IMG/VR virus record: IMGVR_UViG_3300002052_000004
Coordinates: 1 to 60,562 of that record
DNA from: a virus
Lineage: Duplodnaviria; Caudoviricetes
DNA: 60,562 nucleotides
Strand: one strand, 5' to 3'
Shown here one piece after another: positions 28,691 to 39,498 of this stretch (position 1 is the first letter of the stretch; each line of letters starts with the position of its first letter). A program made the position numbers and the translations under genes. Under the pieces are notes generated by a model that saw only the letters and a list, made by a program, of their open reading frames with translations, did no database searches and was not told the origin of the DNA.

Positions 28691-29932
28691 TTACTGTACT
28701 GGTGTCGCTTCTGGCATTACGACAGTCTGCTCCTCTGGCGCAGTTCTGAATATCGGTATAGCCCATATGGCTACGGCATTCAAGTTGACTCTCTGTACGT
28801 CTGGTAGCACCTCTCTCTTCTCCCGATCATACCCTGGTCCAATGTTCGTTCGGCCAACTACATAGACTCTCGAATCTGGTCCGAAGGTATCTATGACATG
28901 CTTCAACTCCGTTGGTACCCAGCAAGGTGTTCCCTCTGCTCCAAGGTCTTCTTTGCTTACATCCTCCAATACCATCATGTAACTCCCGTAATCCGTTGGT
29001 GTCCTGTTTATCCAAGTCACGTCAGCTTCGACGATGACTAGCCGTCTCTTGTCGTTCTTGTTTGCATTATGCCAGGCCATCAGTTCGTCTAACGAGCTTT
29101 TCAATGCTTCCGGCGCTGTTTGGAATATCTTGATTATCCTCTCCGTGGTTATTGGTTCATACTCCGGAAGCACTATCGGCTCAAACCGTGCCTGTGTTGA
29201 CCAGTTCATATGATATATATTCGGCGTATCACTCGACAAGTTCAACCTCGTTCGGAATCCCTTTCCGAGTGGCGGCATTGGTAACTCATTCGGGTCTCCT
29301 GCATTGCACATCGTTGCGAGGAGTTTGAAATTCCCTCCCCCCGCTGGTCTACCGAAGCTTAAGAGAGTTCGAATATACCTCGGAAGTAACGGCTTTCCAT
29401 AACTCGGGCTCTTTCTTCCTTTGACATTCTTCTCCGGGTCAGGTTTAACCATCCATTGTCTAGTATCTAACGGTGTCCCTGCTGGATAAACTTTGTCGCC
29501 GAACTGTGTATCCTCTCCGAGGACTTTCTTCTCAGCAACTGCTTGTGCTCTTGTCTCTTCGTTTGCATATAAATCCGCTTTCTCTTCCCTCTCTGAACGT
29601 GTTACGTCAATCGCTCCTGAGAGGCCCAGAGTGATGTAGTCGTAAGGTTTTGCTGGTGAACGCAGTGACGATTTAATCTTAAGGTAAACTCTGTGCCTTG
29701 CGGTACTGTCATACCACTCGGCAGTTTTCCCTGCAACGCCTTGTTTGAATATCGCTAGTTGCTCCTCGTACATCTTAGTTAGCTCAGCAAATGGTTTCCC
29801 TAGGGCTTGTGACCACGCTGTTAACTTCGCCAAAGTCTCCGCTGGCACAGCTGGTGCGGTTGGTGCAACTGGTACTGCTGCCGTTTTTTCTTCTTCTACA
29901 CTCATGGCGTTTTTCACCTCCTGTCCTGCCAT
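28691..29932 (-). CDS. Putative single-stranded DNA-binding (RPA/OB-fold) protein
   Basis: C-terminal OB-like segment (VIVEADVTWI...MVLED...CWV...FGPDSRVYVVGRT); located in the replication module. Confidence 0.5.
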   Translation of the reverse strand: MAGQEVKNAMSVEEEKTAAVPVAPTAPAVPAETLAKLTAWSQALGKPFAELTKMYEEQLAIFKQGVAGKTAEWYDSTARHRVYLKIKSSLRSPAKPYDYITLGLSGAIDVTRSEREEKADLYANEETRAQAVAEKKVLGEDTQFGDKVYPAGTPLDTRQWMVKPDPEKNVKGRKSPSYGKPLLPRYIRTLLSFGRPAGGGNFKLLATMCNAGDPNELPMPPLGKGFRTRLNLSSDTPNIYHMNWSTQARFEPIVLPEYEPITTERIIKIFQTAPEALKSSLDELMAWHNANKNDKRRLVIVEADVTWINRTPTDYGSYMMVLEDVSKEDLGAEGTPCWVPTELKHVIDTFGPDSRVYVVGRTNIGPGYDREKREVLPDVQRVNLNAVAIWAIPIFRTAPEEQTVVMPEATPVQ

Positions 29933-30276
29933 TATGTGACTATGATATGTGTCCTGCAGTACTCAAAAATACTATGCTCATCTACTGCAGTGCACATTTT
30001 GAAAATGCACCCACATTTACATTCGTATACTTCCATTTGCGCGGAACATGTCGGGCATACAATAACACTATTCGGTGGGTGTAGAAATCTTGCTACGACA
30101 AAATAAAAGTACCGCCCATCCCTCGTGCGGTCGAGTCTCCGACCTTCATAAGCCCTTTGTACAAGTCTCCTCGTCGCACGATAACTTAATCCTAACTTCG
30201 GCGTGAGTTCCTCTATCTTCCACGCTGTGCGGAACATTAACCGCTCCCATTCTACTCTCCGCTTTTCTCTCGCCAA
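29932..30276 (-). CDS. Winged-helix plus Zn-ribbon protein
   Basis: IEELTPKLGLSYRATRRLV...RTRDGRYFYF; CPTC...CKC. Confidence 0.6.
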   Translation of the reverse strand: MAREKRRVEWERLMFRTAWKIEELTPKLGLSYRATRRLVQRAYEGRRLDRTRDGRYFYFVVARFLHPPNSVIVCPTCSAQMEVYECKCGCIFKMCTAVDEHSIFEYCRTHIIVT

Positions 30277-30391
30277 AACCTATCCACCCCGCCAATAGGT
30301 GTTATCATATAATTAGGAAGAAGCTCCGAAGAGCTTCCTACAACCTCGTTCGTTTGACAATTAGTTCCTTTGTCATCTGAGCTCAACTCAT

Positions 30392-30455
30392 CACCCGACC
30401 AGAAAAAACATTTGGTTTCTGGTTTCGCCAGAATCTCACTGGCTCGTCAGGGGCG
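30392..30455 (-). ncRNA. Hammerhead ribozyme (type I topology)
   Basis: - strand: CGCCC-CUGACGA-GCCAG(UGAGAUU)CUGGC-GAAA-CCAGAAA(CCAAAUGUU)UUUCUGG-UC-GGGUG; complete core and three stems. Confidence 0.9.
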
Positions 30456-30519
30456 TTTCGCCGACCGATGTTTGTACATCGTTAGTGGAATATTCCACCA
30501 CTGTACTCTCACTGGACCC

Positions 30520-30783
30520 CTATGTTCCTACTGGTAGTTTCTCACTATACACATGGAAGTATCGCCAAATGATTTCGGCCAACATGACTATCAAAGGTAT
30601 GACAATGACAAATATCACCCAAGCATAGAGTAGTTCAGCGACTTGTTCTGTTAAGACAAAGGACGGTTCGAACACTGTTCGAAGCGTGTAAATGACGGCT
30701 AAGACCAAACCGATGACTAAGCTGAGAAACTTCGTTCCCATGTGATTAGATTTTGCCTTACTTTCAGACACCGAAGAGTCCAC
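30520..30783 (-). CDS. Small two-TM membrane protein
   Basis: Two hydrophobic helices; RBS GGAGG. Confidence 0.6.
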   Translation of the reverse strand: MDSSVSESKAKSNHMGTKFLSLVIGLVLAVIYTLRTVFEPSFVLTEQVAELLYAWVIFVIVIPLIVMLAEIIWRYFHVYSEKLPVGT

Positions 30784-30856
30784 CTCCTACCACGGGTGCG
30801 TGTACCTCGTGATTGTTACAAAAAGGGGTAGTGAGAGGAGTGGTGAGTCTGCTCAA

Positions 30857-31204
30857 CTACAACCCCTCAGTTTCCTCGGTTTCTTCACCCTCTTCAGTTT
30901 CTTCAGCCTCTACAGCCTCTTCCACTTTCTCTTCCTCCACAGGCGCGAGAACTGGAAGTCCGACTGCGGTCCTAGCTACCCACCAAGAGCGGTTGCCTTC
31001 CCATCCTCTGGTGGCAACGCCGTTTTTCTCCATTCTCTTCAGACGAGAGAAGGCAGTGCCATTCTCAACGCCTAGAAAGGCGGCAACCTCTTTGGTCGTG
31101 TGCATCTCTTTGCTAAGGTATTCGAGCAATTTCTCGTTGCTCACCTTGCTTATCTGAGGCTTGGACTCCTGAAGATTCTTGAAGTCCCCTAGAGCTTTTG
31201 GCAT
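30857..31204 (-). CDS. Winged-helix protein of the MPK(S/A)L paralog family, with acidic tail
   Basis: RBS AGGAGGTGA before ATG 31204; TTKEVAAFLGV...RLKRMEKNG; Glu-rich C-terminus. Confidence 0.75.
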   Translation of the reverse strand: MPKALGDFKNLQESKPQISKVSNEKLLEYLSKEMHTTKEVAAFLGVENGTAFSRLKRMEKNGVATRGWEGNRSWWVARTAVGLPVLAPVEEEKVEEAVEAEETEEGEETEETEGL

Positions 31205-31271
31205 AGATGTTTCACCTCCTTGTGACCATGCAGAGTCTATGCGACTCGCATTAAGTCTTACCCTGACCAGA

Positions 31272-31285
31272 TTTATAAATCTTTC
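31272..31285 (-). promoter_or_regulatory. Archaeal BRE-TATA promoter (GAAAGATTTATAAA)
   Basis: Purine-rich BRE plus TTTATAAA; near-identical copies at 31396-31411 and 37668-37683. Confidence 0.65.
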
Positions 31286-31375
31286 TGTTCGGGGTAAGAG
31301 TGCAATGTGTGAACCATCAAACGTTTCCAACAGCTACCCAATCCTCCACGTCGTCTTTTGTAGCAAGTGATGTGA

Positions 31376-31750
31376 CTAATCTTTACCTGAACTTTTATTT
31401 AAATCTTTCCGTTCAATGTTGGGGTTCCACAAATTGAGGAACTTTTCCGAAAGCATATATCGGAGAGGCCCTGATTTATTTCTTCTTATCCACGTCAGGA
31501 CGCCTTTATCTCCAAGCAAATGAAGCACAGTCAATATATTCGACCGAGACTTTCCGTATACGGCGTAGAATACATTCGTGGTCACGATATTCAACCCCAT
31601 CTCACGCAACGCCAAGAATATCTTTACCGAGCGTACTTGGGCGGATGATATCCTACTAAGTTTCATCTTCTTCAGCGTGAAATGTATCTTCACATCGTCG
31701 ATTTTACGCATCTCCGCCTTTATCTCTCCAACTATCTCTTCGTCTTTCAC
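31376..31750 (-). CDS. Putative winged-helix DNA-binding protein
   Basis: KSRSNILTVLHLLGDKGVL...RYMLS. Confidence 0.55.
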   Translation of the reverse strand: MKDEEIVGEIKAEMRKIDDVKIHFTLKKMKLSRISSAQVRSVKIFLALREMGLNIVTTNVFYAVYGKSRSNILTVLHLLGDKGVLTWIRRNKSGPLRYMLSEKFLNLWNPNIERKDLNKSSGKD

Positions 31751-31936
31751 TTCGCTCCCTCCTTCCTGTAACTAAATATCGGAACTGGTAGGATTATGAA
31801 AGGTGCTCCTTTCATCTTTTCATCTACAAACTTCTTTGCATCACCTTCTTCGGTCATGCAAATAGCAGTAGTACCGTCTATTACTATTTGATAGATGAAT
31901 CCTTCGTGTTTAGGTTCTGGCAAACTTATCCACCTC

Positions 31937-34403
31937 CTATGGTTTTGTCCGTACTTCGACTGTTAGAGTTCCTGTACAGTTCTTGCGAACTCTAACATAG
32001 ATTGCAAAAGGTAACCTGTTCCAAACATGGCAACCTTGTAATGACATCGGTCCACCATTGTCATGATGTGTCATCACTATCTCTTGCTTTCCTCTATTAA
32101 CAAGTGTAGATTTTTCTCCCACGCTAACCACCTCCGAGGTTTATAATCTGGTATCTCTGCCGTACACGGAACTTACACTTCTCGCACATATAATCCTCCC
32201 AGTATACGTGCACTCTCTTCCAGCCCTCTCCCATGATTTCCGTGCCTTGGTTAACTCTAACCATATCCCTATTGCACTTGAAACAATACGGCATATTCAC
32301 TCCTCAGGTTTGAAATCACTACAAGTCTTACGTACCGTCTTGCACTCAGTGCATTTAGTATTATCACAATGTTCATCCCAGTACTCACAATACGACTTCT
32401 CATCAACATTTGCACATTTCAGGCACAAGCAATCTGGTACACCAGTTGGAGTATCTTCTGAAACTTTTTTCCAGTCTACTGGAGGCAACGGTCCGAGTGT
32501 CGCTCCAATGAGCCTCTTTGCTATCTCAATATTCTTCTCATGTTGTTCCTCTTTCGTCTTTCTTTCCCGCTCAATAGCTGCTGCTATTCTCTCTTCCCGA
32601 GTCATTCCCGTTGCCTTTCTCATTCCTCTTTTTCCCATATTCATTCCTCCTTTCGAAGCTTATAACCTATCGCCCAGATGATGAATCCTCCCTTGACACG
32701 AGAGATAACTACTATATTGTCAGTCATTCTCAACCCTTGTTTGATGCATTCATCTTCAATCTTTTCAATAGCCATACGTATCTTCATCTTCCGAAAGTCT
32801 CTGCGAGAGATGCCTCTTACATGTACTGGCATCATTACCTCGCACTCTAATGTCTGAAGATTCCTCTCACGAATGTTCTTAAGATGTTCGTGCAGTTCAT
32901 GTCTGTCAGTCAACGGTAGACTACATATACCTCTGGGTATCGGAGGCCACTCCTTCCTCATAGTCTTAGTTCTCATGTATTCACCTCCTCGTTACATGTT
33001 GTTTTATGCTATCAGCTACAACTGACACAATGTCGCTAATGACATTGTCTACATCACTCTCTTCTATGTAGTACTCATCCATATCCCAATACTCTGGTAG
33101 ATTAAAGTACCAATCCGCTTGGTAGATAATTTCAAGTATCTTCTCCTTGAGCGTCAACGGACGAGAGTATCCACATTGAGGGCATAGATACTTCTCTGGA
33201 ATACCTTGGTCATCATTAACTATGTGCAGATATTGCTTTGCAGAGTAGGAACCTACACATCCTGTTGGACAATCCAATCATCTCACCTCCTATTGCTCCT
33301 GCATGCATTTCAAACACAAGTCATCATCCTCGTCGTAACAATCTGAACAAACATCGTTGCCACACCTATCACATGTATGAGGATCTTTGGTTAGCTTCCC
33401 ACATATCATGCACCAATAATCTCCTGCCACACTGTCACCTCCTACCTTATTTTAGCCTTAGGCTCGAACTTTGTAATCTCGCAAGAGGCGCAGGGCTCCT
33501 TCTTGAAATCCTTATCCTCATGTTTGCAACTACCACATAACGTGATAGTGCAATCCGGTACTACTCCGTACCAATTTCGTATCTCACTAACCTTCATGCT
33601 TCCACCTCCGTTACTTTTCCAGCTTTCTCAAAGTCGTGTAACCACTCAAGTACTCGTAACGCTATCTCAAGACAAGCATCGAAATCACCTTTGCGATTCG
33701 CATCACAAAAGTCATGCCAGTAACCAGGGTCTATATCGCAAGGACTAAATGCTGGGCAAGGGTTACATAATGCTTCTTCAGCTTCCGGTGTTGCTTCTCT
33801 AACATACTGACAGAACCCACATTCATGTGTCATGATGCTCACATACTTTTTCTTCTCTATAGTGAGCACATGCTTTATCCATTGATGTACAGTGGATTCA
33901 TAGTACGGTCTCGGAACAGTTTCTAATTTCTCCATTCATTCCACCTCCATAACTTTACTCTGGTCCATACGGGCATGCATACATTACCTTAATCCCTCCA
34001 CGAATCATGCGCAATAAGTTTGAATTCTTTGCCGTGAACTCCGCCCACACTTCTCCACCCTCGAGTTTCCTTTGCTCGAGCAACTTCGTAACATTCCGCC
34101 TAAACAATCCCTTCTGTTCGGGAACTTTAACCACTCCGATTGCTATGGAGTTACCATTCGGCCAGTCAGCTAACACTGCGATGTCTCTCCCTCTTCAACA
34201 AACCACTTAACAAGAAACTCCATTAACTGACCAGCAAGAGGGTTTACCCGCTTTAAATATGCAATATCTCTATTTGGGCAGATAATGTCTAATTCTTTCA
34301 CCGCGTCAGCAATAATCACCTTTATTCCGCTATGAAGAGTATCGAACCTATTATTAGGTACGTGTAGAAGGAATTCATCTATTCTTCTTCCTAGTTGTCC
34401 CAT
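31937..34403 (-). other. Cluster of small hypothetical early CDSs, several Cys-rich (31937-32131, 32297-32644, 32641-32976, 32981-33277, 33594-33935, 33955-34176, 34170-34403)
   Basis: Co-oriented, tightly packed ORFs, mostly with GGAGGTG RBS. Confidence 0.6.
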
Positions 34404-34424
34404 CTTTTACACACCTAGTTCCTT

Positions 34425-34778
34425 TTATTGAGCCTCCCATGGAAATACTATCCACTTAACGGTCTTCTCGTACATCCACGCTGTCGGGATAACTTTACTC
34501 CTCTTATGATAGTACAGAGTGGCAGTCATGTTACTTCGAAAGGGCTCGAGCGTTCCTCCAGAATCAGCTATATCATCCACAATAAGTGTACCGCGCGTTA
34601 TCTCCGTCCTATCCACTATAAGTGGTATGTCCATTAAGTGTGATAATCGTACAGCTACGACCAACCCACCTCTCGGTATACCGAAGACATCAAGAAACTT
34701 TGTCCCTCGAAATAAACGCTTTATCATTTGGCAAGCAGTATCGAACTGCTCCCATGTCATGAACTCTAAGTCTGTCAT
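34425..34778 (-). CDS. Purine phosphoribosyltransferase (type I PRTase)
   Basis: GIPRGG, LIVDDIADSGGTL PRPP-binding loop, WIVFPWE. Confidence 0.9.
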   Translation of the reverse strand: MTDLEFMTWEQFDTACQMIKRLFRGTKFLDVFGIPRGGLVVAVRLSHLMDIPLIVDRTEITRGTLIVDDIADSGGTLEPFRSNMTATLYYHKRSKVIPTAWMYEKTVKWIVFPWEAQ

Positions 34779-34901
34779 CTTCTTCTCCTCAAGCTATTCC
34801 TAGCAACAATAGCATAAACGCCAACCTATATCGTCTCGTATGCATGGATAATATGAACGCTGTCGCGAGTGGCATCGTACAAAAGTATGCCATCCAATTC
34901 A

Positions 34902-35578
34902 TTAATCCTCATCCTCCACCTTTTTCTTCGCCAATACACTCTTTCGATACTCCTTTGATTGCTTACCGTGCTTCTTCATATGCCTACCGATACCACCGAC
35001 TTTACTGCCCGGTTGCGGTACGCGAATTGTACATCGTCCAGGGTATCCGTGAACAACTCTATGCTCTTGCTCAGTATACTCAGTCAATACCTTCTCTCTT
35101 TCTCCTTCTATGTGATGCCCTAATCTTTTCTTCCAGAGCTCCGTAAAGTGGTCTTCTGACTTAGCTGGCGTTGATACAACTATAGCCTTCGGTAAGTCCT
35201 TCCCGCGTAACTGTCGCCACCAACGTTTAAGCGTTTCTTTAATTGTCATGCTCTATACCCCAAGTTCTTTCCACGTAGCTTCTCGAAGAACTCTTGCATC
35301 TTTTGCCGTCGTTCCTCTGCTTTCTTCGCCATTATCTTGTAATACTCTGGCTCATATTTCTTGAACCACTGGTCAATCTTTACTATAGACCAGTAATCCA
35401 TAGTCAGTACATCCGCTAATGCCATAGCTACATTAAATGGCATTTCCACTCTCTGAATCACCGACAATATCATGTTGAGCAATGCTTGTCTATGTGCATT
35501 GAGGCACTCAAGGCAAGTGAGTGCATCTGCTTTCGGCGCACTACAATCTGCGTGTTCTTCGAATTGACAATTCTTCAT
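34902..35578 (-). other. Two hypothetical CDSs (34902-35249, 35246-35578)
   Basis: Translationally coupled ORFs. Confidence 0.55.
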
Positions 35579-35955
35579 TCTATCACCTCTAGTACCTTTA
35601 TACTTCCGAACGATATATTCTTCTCGAGGAACTCTTTGAGTCCTGCTGTCATCCGCTTATACTTAAACACCGGCGGAGCTTTCCCATTCCGTGTTGTGTC
35701 AAGTACCATATGGTACAAGTCAGCTATCTCAAGCGTTGGATGCCGCGGTAACATTTCACCTTGCCGACAAGCCGCGCAACCAAAGAGCACTAACTTATTC
35801 TGGAACTTTCTACTCCCTTCGTATCTAGCGGTCAGTGATAAGTTGTGACACCACGGGCAAGTCCACGGTCCTGTTTTCATAATCCTTCTATAACGAGCTT
35901 GTCGCGCAAGAATTATCCTTCGTCTAAGGTCAGGTACTTTACTCTTCTTACCCAC
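35575..35955 (-). CDS. Elf1-like Zn-ribbon transcription elongation factor
   Basis: Basic N-terminus MGKKSK, WTCPWC...CAAC, LEIADLYHMVLD (compare Elf1 EPxDVYxxWxD). Confidence 0.55.
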   Translation of the reverse strand: MGKKSKVPDLRRRIILARQARYRRIMKTGPWTCPWCHNLSLTARYEGSRKFQNKLVLFGCAACRQGEMLPRHPTLEIADLYHMVLDTTRNGKAPPVFKYKRMTAGLKEFLEKNISFGSIKVLEVIE

Positions 35956-36733
35956 CGTACTTCACCCTCGTGCCTTTAACACTCACTCCTGTAATCAGTT
36001 TGAGATACCCTCGGAGAGAGACTGTCACGCTGGCAATCTGCTCATCCGAGAGTATCGCTGGAGGGTTGAATGTCGTAACCACATTTATCTGGTAGAGCAC
36101 GTGCATCTTCGTGCCGCAAATCGGGCAGAGCCACTCTACTGTCTCACTGGGGACGTTATCCGCATGGAGACATTTTGAGCATCTAATCGTGAACGGCATT
36201 CTTTCAATTTCTCCTTTAGTGCTTCCTTCGTTGGTGCTTGAATAACAAAGCCACAGAGACAAATGTAGACAACATGTGTTCGGTGTCTCTTTACCTTACC
36301 GTCTCTTCCACACTTCGGACACTTCTTTCTCCTCGAGTGCCTTAATCTCTTCATTTAAACATTCTCCCTCGCCGGACATCCTGGTTTCTTGAACATATCA
36401 CACAACAGTTTCCGACAGTTTCCCTCTTTGTTAGTCGACCAGTTCGGGAAGTGTGGACACTTAGTTGACAAATCCAATATCGAACGCTGTTGTTTCTTCT
36501 TCACCCCTTTCTGTGGCTTATCCGTGAGATAGAAAAAGAAATCAACATCTTTCGGCATTTGTTCTCCTCCAGTTGCTTTTCGAGTCGCATGTTTTACATA
36601 CAGCGTTCGTTGCAGCTTCCAGTAGAGCCTTCGTGCCTCTAATCCTAACAGTAGAGTATATTCCTGCGCCACATTCACTGCACACATTGTACGCTCTTGG
36701 CAGTTTCCCCATTACTCTTCTCTCTCCGTCCAA
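35948..36733 (-). other. Small Zn-finger and hypothetical CDSs
   Basis: Overlapping ORFs with CxxC pairs. Confidence 0.45.
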
Positions 36734-36984
36734 GCAATGTGTATCACGAACAACTCTGCACCTTCATATCTCGTCTGTACATATCCCTGACGTTCCAGGT
36801 TTCTGATGGCTGATGCAAGTATATGATACTTGAGATGCAACACATGTGCGAGCTTCTCTACAGAGAATTCCTTGTTCCTGTCGGCTAAGTACGACTCTAT
36901 CCGTCGGCTAGTTGGGTCCACGGAGTTTCCCTCCCTTTTCCTTCGGACCGTACCAGTATCTTTTCCCATCGTACTTCCTATCAA
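36712..36984 (-). CDS. Winged-helix protein
   Basis: FSVEKLAHVL...AIRNLERQGYV. Confidence 0.6.
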   Translation of the reverse strand: MIGSTMGKDTGTVRRKREGNSVDPTSRRIESYLADRNKEFSVEKLAHVLHLKYHILASAIRNLERQGYVQTRYEGAELFVIHIAWTEREE

Positions 36985-37213
36985 TCACACCGTCATCGAA
37001 AAGTTTGTTCAATGCATTCATCGTTCGAAACTGTGTGACCCTCTTATTCACGAAGTCCTTTCCTTCCCAGATTTCCTTGACTGACAGTGAGTTACTCGTC
37101 CTCTTGCCGTACTCAATGACCTTCCGTGCTATCTCATTCCATTCAACCTTCTTTCCGCCTTGTTTCGCTTCAGTTTCCTGAAGCTTCCGAAAGTCTTCTA
37201 AACTTTTTGGCAT
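36908..37213 (-). CDS. Winged-helix protein of the MPK(S/A)L paralog family
   Basis: MPKSLEDFRKLQ...GGKKVEW...FRTMNALNKL...YWYG. Confidence 0.7.
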   Translation of the reverse strand: MPKSLEDFRKLQETEAKQGGKKVEWNEIARKVIEYGKRTSNSLSVKEIWEGKDFVNKRVTQFRTMNALNKLFDDGVIDRKYDGKRYWYGPKEKGGKLRGPN

Positions 37214-37398
37214 GTCTCTTTACCACCTCCGATACTATATGCTTGGCGGTCATGCCGCACCAAGCTTCATAAGTACGGAAAGTTGAAGCTAGCAACCATT
37301 TCTAGGAGTGAAGAGGGCTCTTATGCGGTTAGCCCTCACGGGGGTATTTGTTTTACCAGTGCATGGACACACCGCCGCAATCCCGCTCTGTCTAGTGA

Positions 37399-37599
37399 TT
37401 AACTAGCTCTCGCGATTCTCTTCATCTCCTCTTTGCGTACAACACCTAGCTTCTCCGTGTCTAAGAGCTTGCCTTTACCATCTGAGGTTAACTTCATAAC
37501 TTCATACTCTGTCTTCATACCATTGTCGTGGTCATCAAAGACTAAATGAAAAACCTTAGAGACATCGTCGGGATTGTACACACGAACCATCATTCTCAT
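37399..37599 (-). CDS. Hypothetical protein
   Basis: ORF with RBS, downstream of a BRE-TATA element. Confidence 0.55.
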   Translation of the reverse strand: MRMMVRVYNPDDVSKVFHLVFDDHDNGMKTEYEVMKLTSDGKGKLLDTEKLGVVRKEEMKRIARAS

Positions 37600-37668
37600 C
37601 TACCTCTCACCTCCTTCACTCGCTCACTCGTGAAACAAATCTCTCTGATAGTATTTCCCGCCCCACCT

Positions 37669-38154
37669 TTATAAATCTTTCCGTCCACGTTCAAGCCTCG
37701 TACACACGAACTTATATGCTCGTTTCGCTCGAGGAGTAAATCTCTTAATGTACTCCTTTATACGTTCCAACTCCCGTGTTGTATACTGCCGTTCAGCATT
37801 ACTTAAATGTTTCGATATTACTTTCAGGCGTGAATCGATATATGGTAATATAAACATCACAGCTTCACGTTTTATGACGAGATATGGTAAGAGTGTTTCG
37901 AGGAAATGTTTACATACTGGCAACTGGTAAACATAGAAGATGAATCCAGTATTTGCTTTTGTTATAAGACCTCTTGGAAATCGTTGTTTTATCAACTCTA
38001 ACACTAGTCGGTGCTGATTGCTGATTGAAATCTGTACTCGCAGGTACTCGCAATGTGGACTTGCAACGTGAATAGACCCTTCTCCATCGAATATTCCAGC
38101 GATGTATTCTACCGATAACATATTTGTTCCACATTTAATCCTTGGATGGAACAA
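37669..38154 (-). CDS. LAGLIDADG homing endonuclease (single motif; likely start 38121)
   Basis: YIAGIFDGEGSI motif, LLPYLVIKRE. Confidence 0.88.
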   Translation of the reverse strand: MFHPRIKCGTNMLSVEYIAGIFDGEGSIHVASPHCEYLRVQISISNQHRLVLELIKQRFPRGLITKANTGFIFYVYQLPVCKHFLETLLPYLVIKREAVMFILPYIDSRLKVISKHLSNAERQYTTRELERIKEYIKRFTPRAKRAYKFVCTRLERGRKDL

Positions 38155-38194
38155 ATATTTAAACGTTTCGGTTCATTAGTCAAATCTTTTGGTT

Positions 38195-39344
38195 CTATCC
38201 CCACGTTACAGTTCTTTTAACCAAGAACGGACGGAAATGCTTCAGGATAACGCTTAACTCTTCACGCGTTGGTTTATCTTCCCATTCGTGCCAATTGATA
38301 ACGTCCTCTATTCTATCCAGGTCATGGTCATCACTCTCGTCGGTAGTGACAATGTAGTCACCTTCACAACACTCTCCGGCAAGTACCGTCAACACGCTCA
38401 CTATCGTATCAGCTGGTACCTCATCCAGCTGGCATTCTATAAGCGCATCGAGGAACTTTGTATTCTCATCTGGTAGCACTAGTACGATAGACTTCTCGCC
38501 ATTCTTATTGATGTTCGCGATACTCTCTTCGAGTTTCATTTACTCACCTCCTTCAACAGTAATAAACAATCCATTTGGATATCGCTTAACTCCTGTAGCC
38601 ATTGCAATAATCGCCATATCATTAGCCCTAAATCGTTTACACTCCCAGCTCTCTAACAACTCGACGTCAAGTTGAGTTTCTGGAATCAGCTGCACTCCAT
38701 TCTTGTGCAATACAAATTTCACATCGTCACCTCCCTGTTACGCTCTCAACTAAGCCGTGCTTCATGAGGTAGTGACTTACTTGCGGATGGTCTGCCAGTG
38801 CGATGATTAGTTTCTCAAGAAGCATCCTATCTGTCATGTGCTTTACCGTTGGACACAGTTTTACTTCCACCTCTATCACCTCCACCAATTGAATATCTTT
38901 CTCCAACCGCGCTTCTTCTCGATGTATTCTTCCAGTGCGGAGATGAAGTAGTAGAAATTCTTCCCGTGCTTCTCAGAGAATCGTGCTCCAATTACTCCCT
39001 TCTTCACTGCTCTCTCTAACAAGGACCTCGCGGTGTTCACGTGTATCTCGAAATGTTGAGCTACGTCAGCTGCCGATGGACATTTATCCTCGTAGGACAT
39101 CTCCTGCACGAACCTTATTACATCTTCAACTTCTGTCATTCTATCACCTCCACCACATGAAACGTTTATGTTTATGTTCTCGGAGCGCGTAGTGCTTCCT
39201 AACCTCATCTGACCAACCTACACCAAGTTTAGCCATTAGCTCAGCAGCTCTTTGCTGGGTCTCCACTCCACAGCAATTCCGAACTCGCATAAGGAAAGTC
39301 GTCAGTTCTCTGACCAACTCTCCACTGATTATATACTCAGTCAT
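38195..39344 (-). other. Small early CDSs (38195-38539, 38540-38722, winged helix 38876-39139, 39144-39344)
   Basis: Co-oriented ORFs with RBS; SAADVAQHFEIHVNTARSLLERAVKKG winged-helix pattern. Confidence 0.6.
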
Positions 39345-39396
39345 ATGCTCACCTCCATACTATATCGGTGAGACCCCAAAAGGAGGGAAAAACCGA

Positions 39397-39498
39397 CTAC
39401 CTCTTGATGACTGCATATGCCAGCCCTGCCACTAATAGGAAGAGCAGACTGATAGTCACCATTAGGTCACCTGTCGTCATATACACAGTGATGTCCAA
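39397..39498 (-). CDS. 33-aa hydrophobic peptide (type I toxin-like)
   Basis: RBS AGGAGGTGA, TTG start, MDITVYMTTGDLMVTISLLFLLVAGLAYAVIKR*; not in the ORF track. Confidence 0.6.
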   Translation of the reverse strand: MDITVYMTTGDLMVTISLLFLLVAGLAYAVIKR

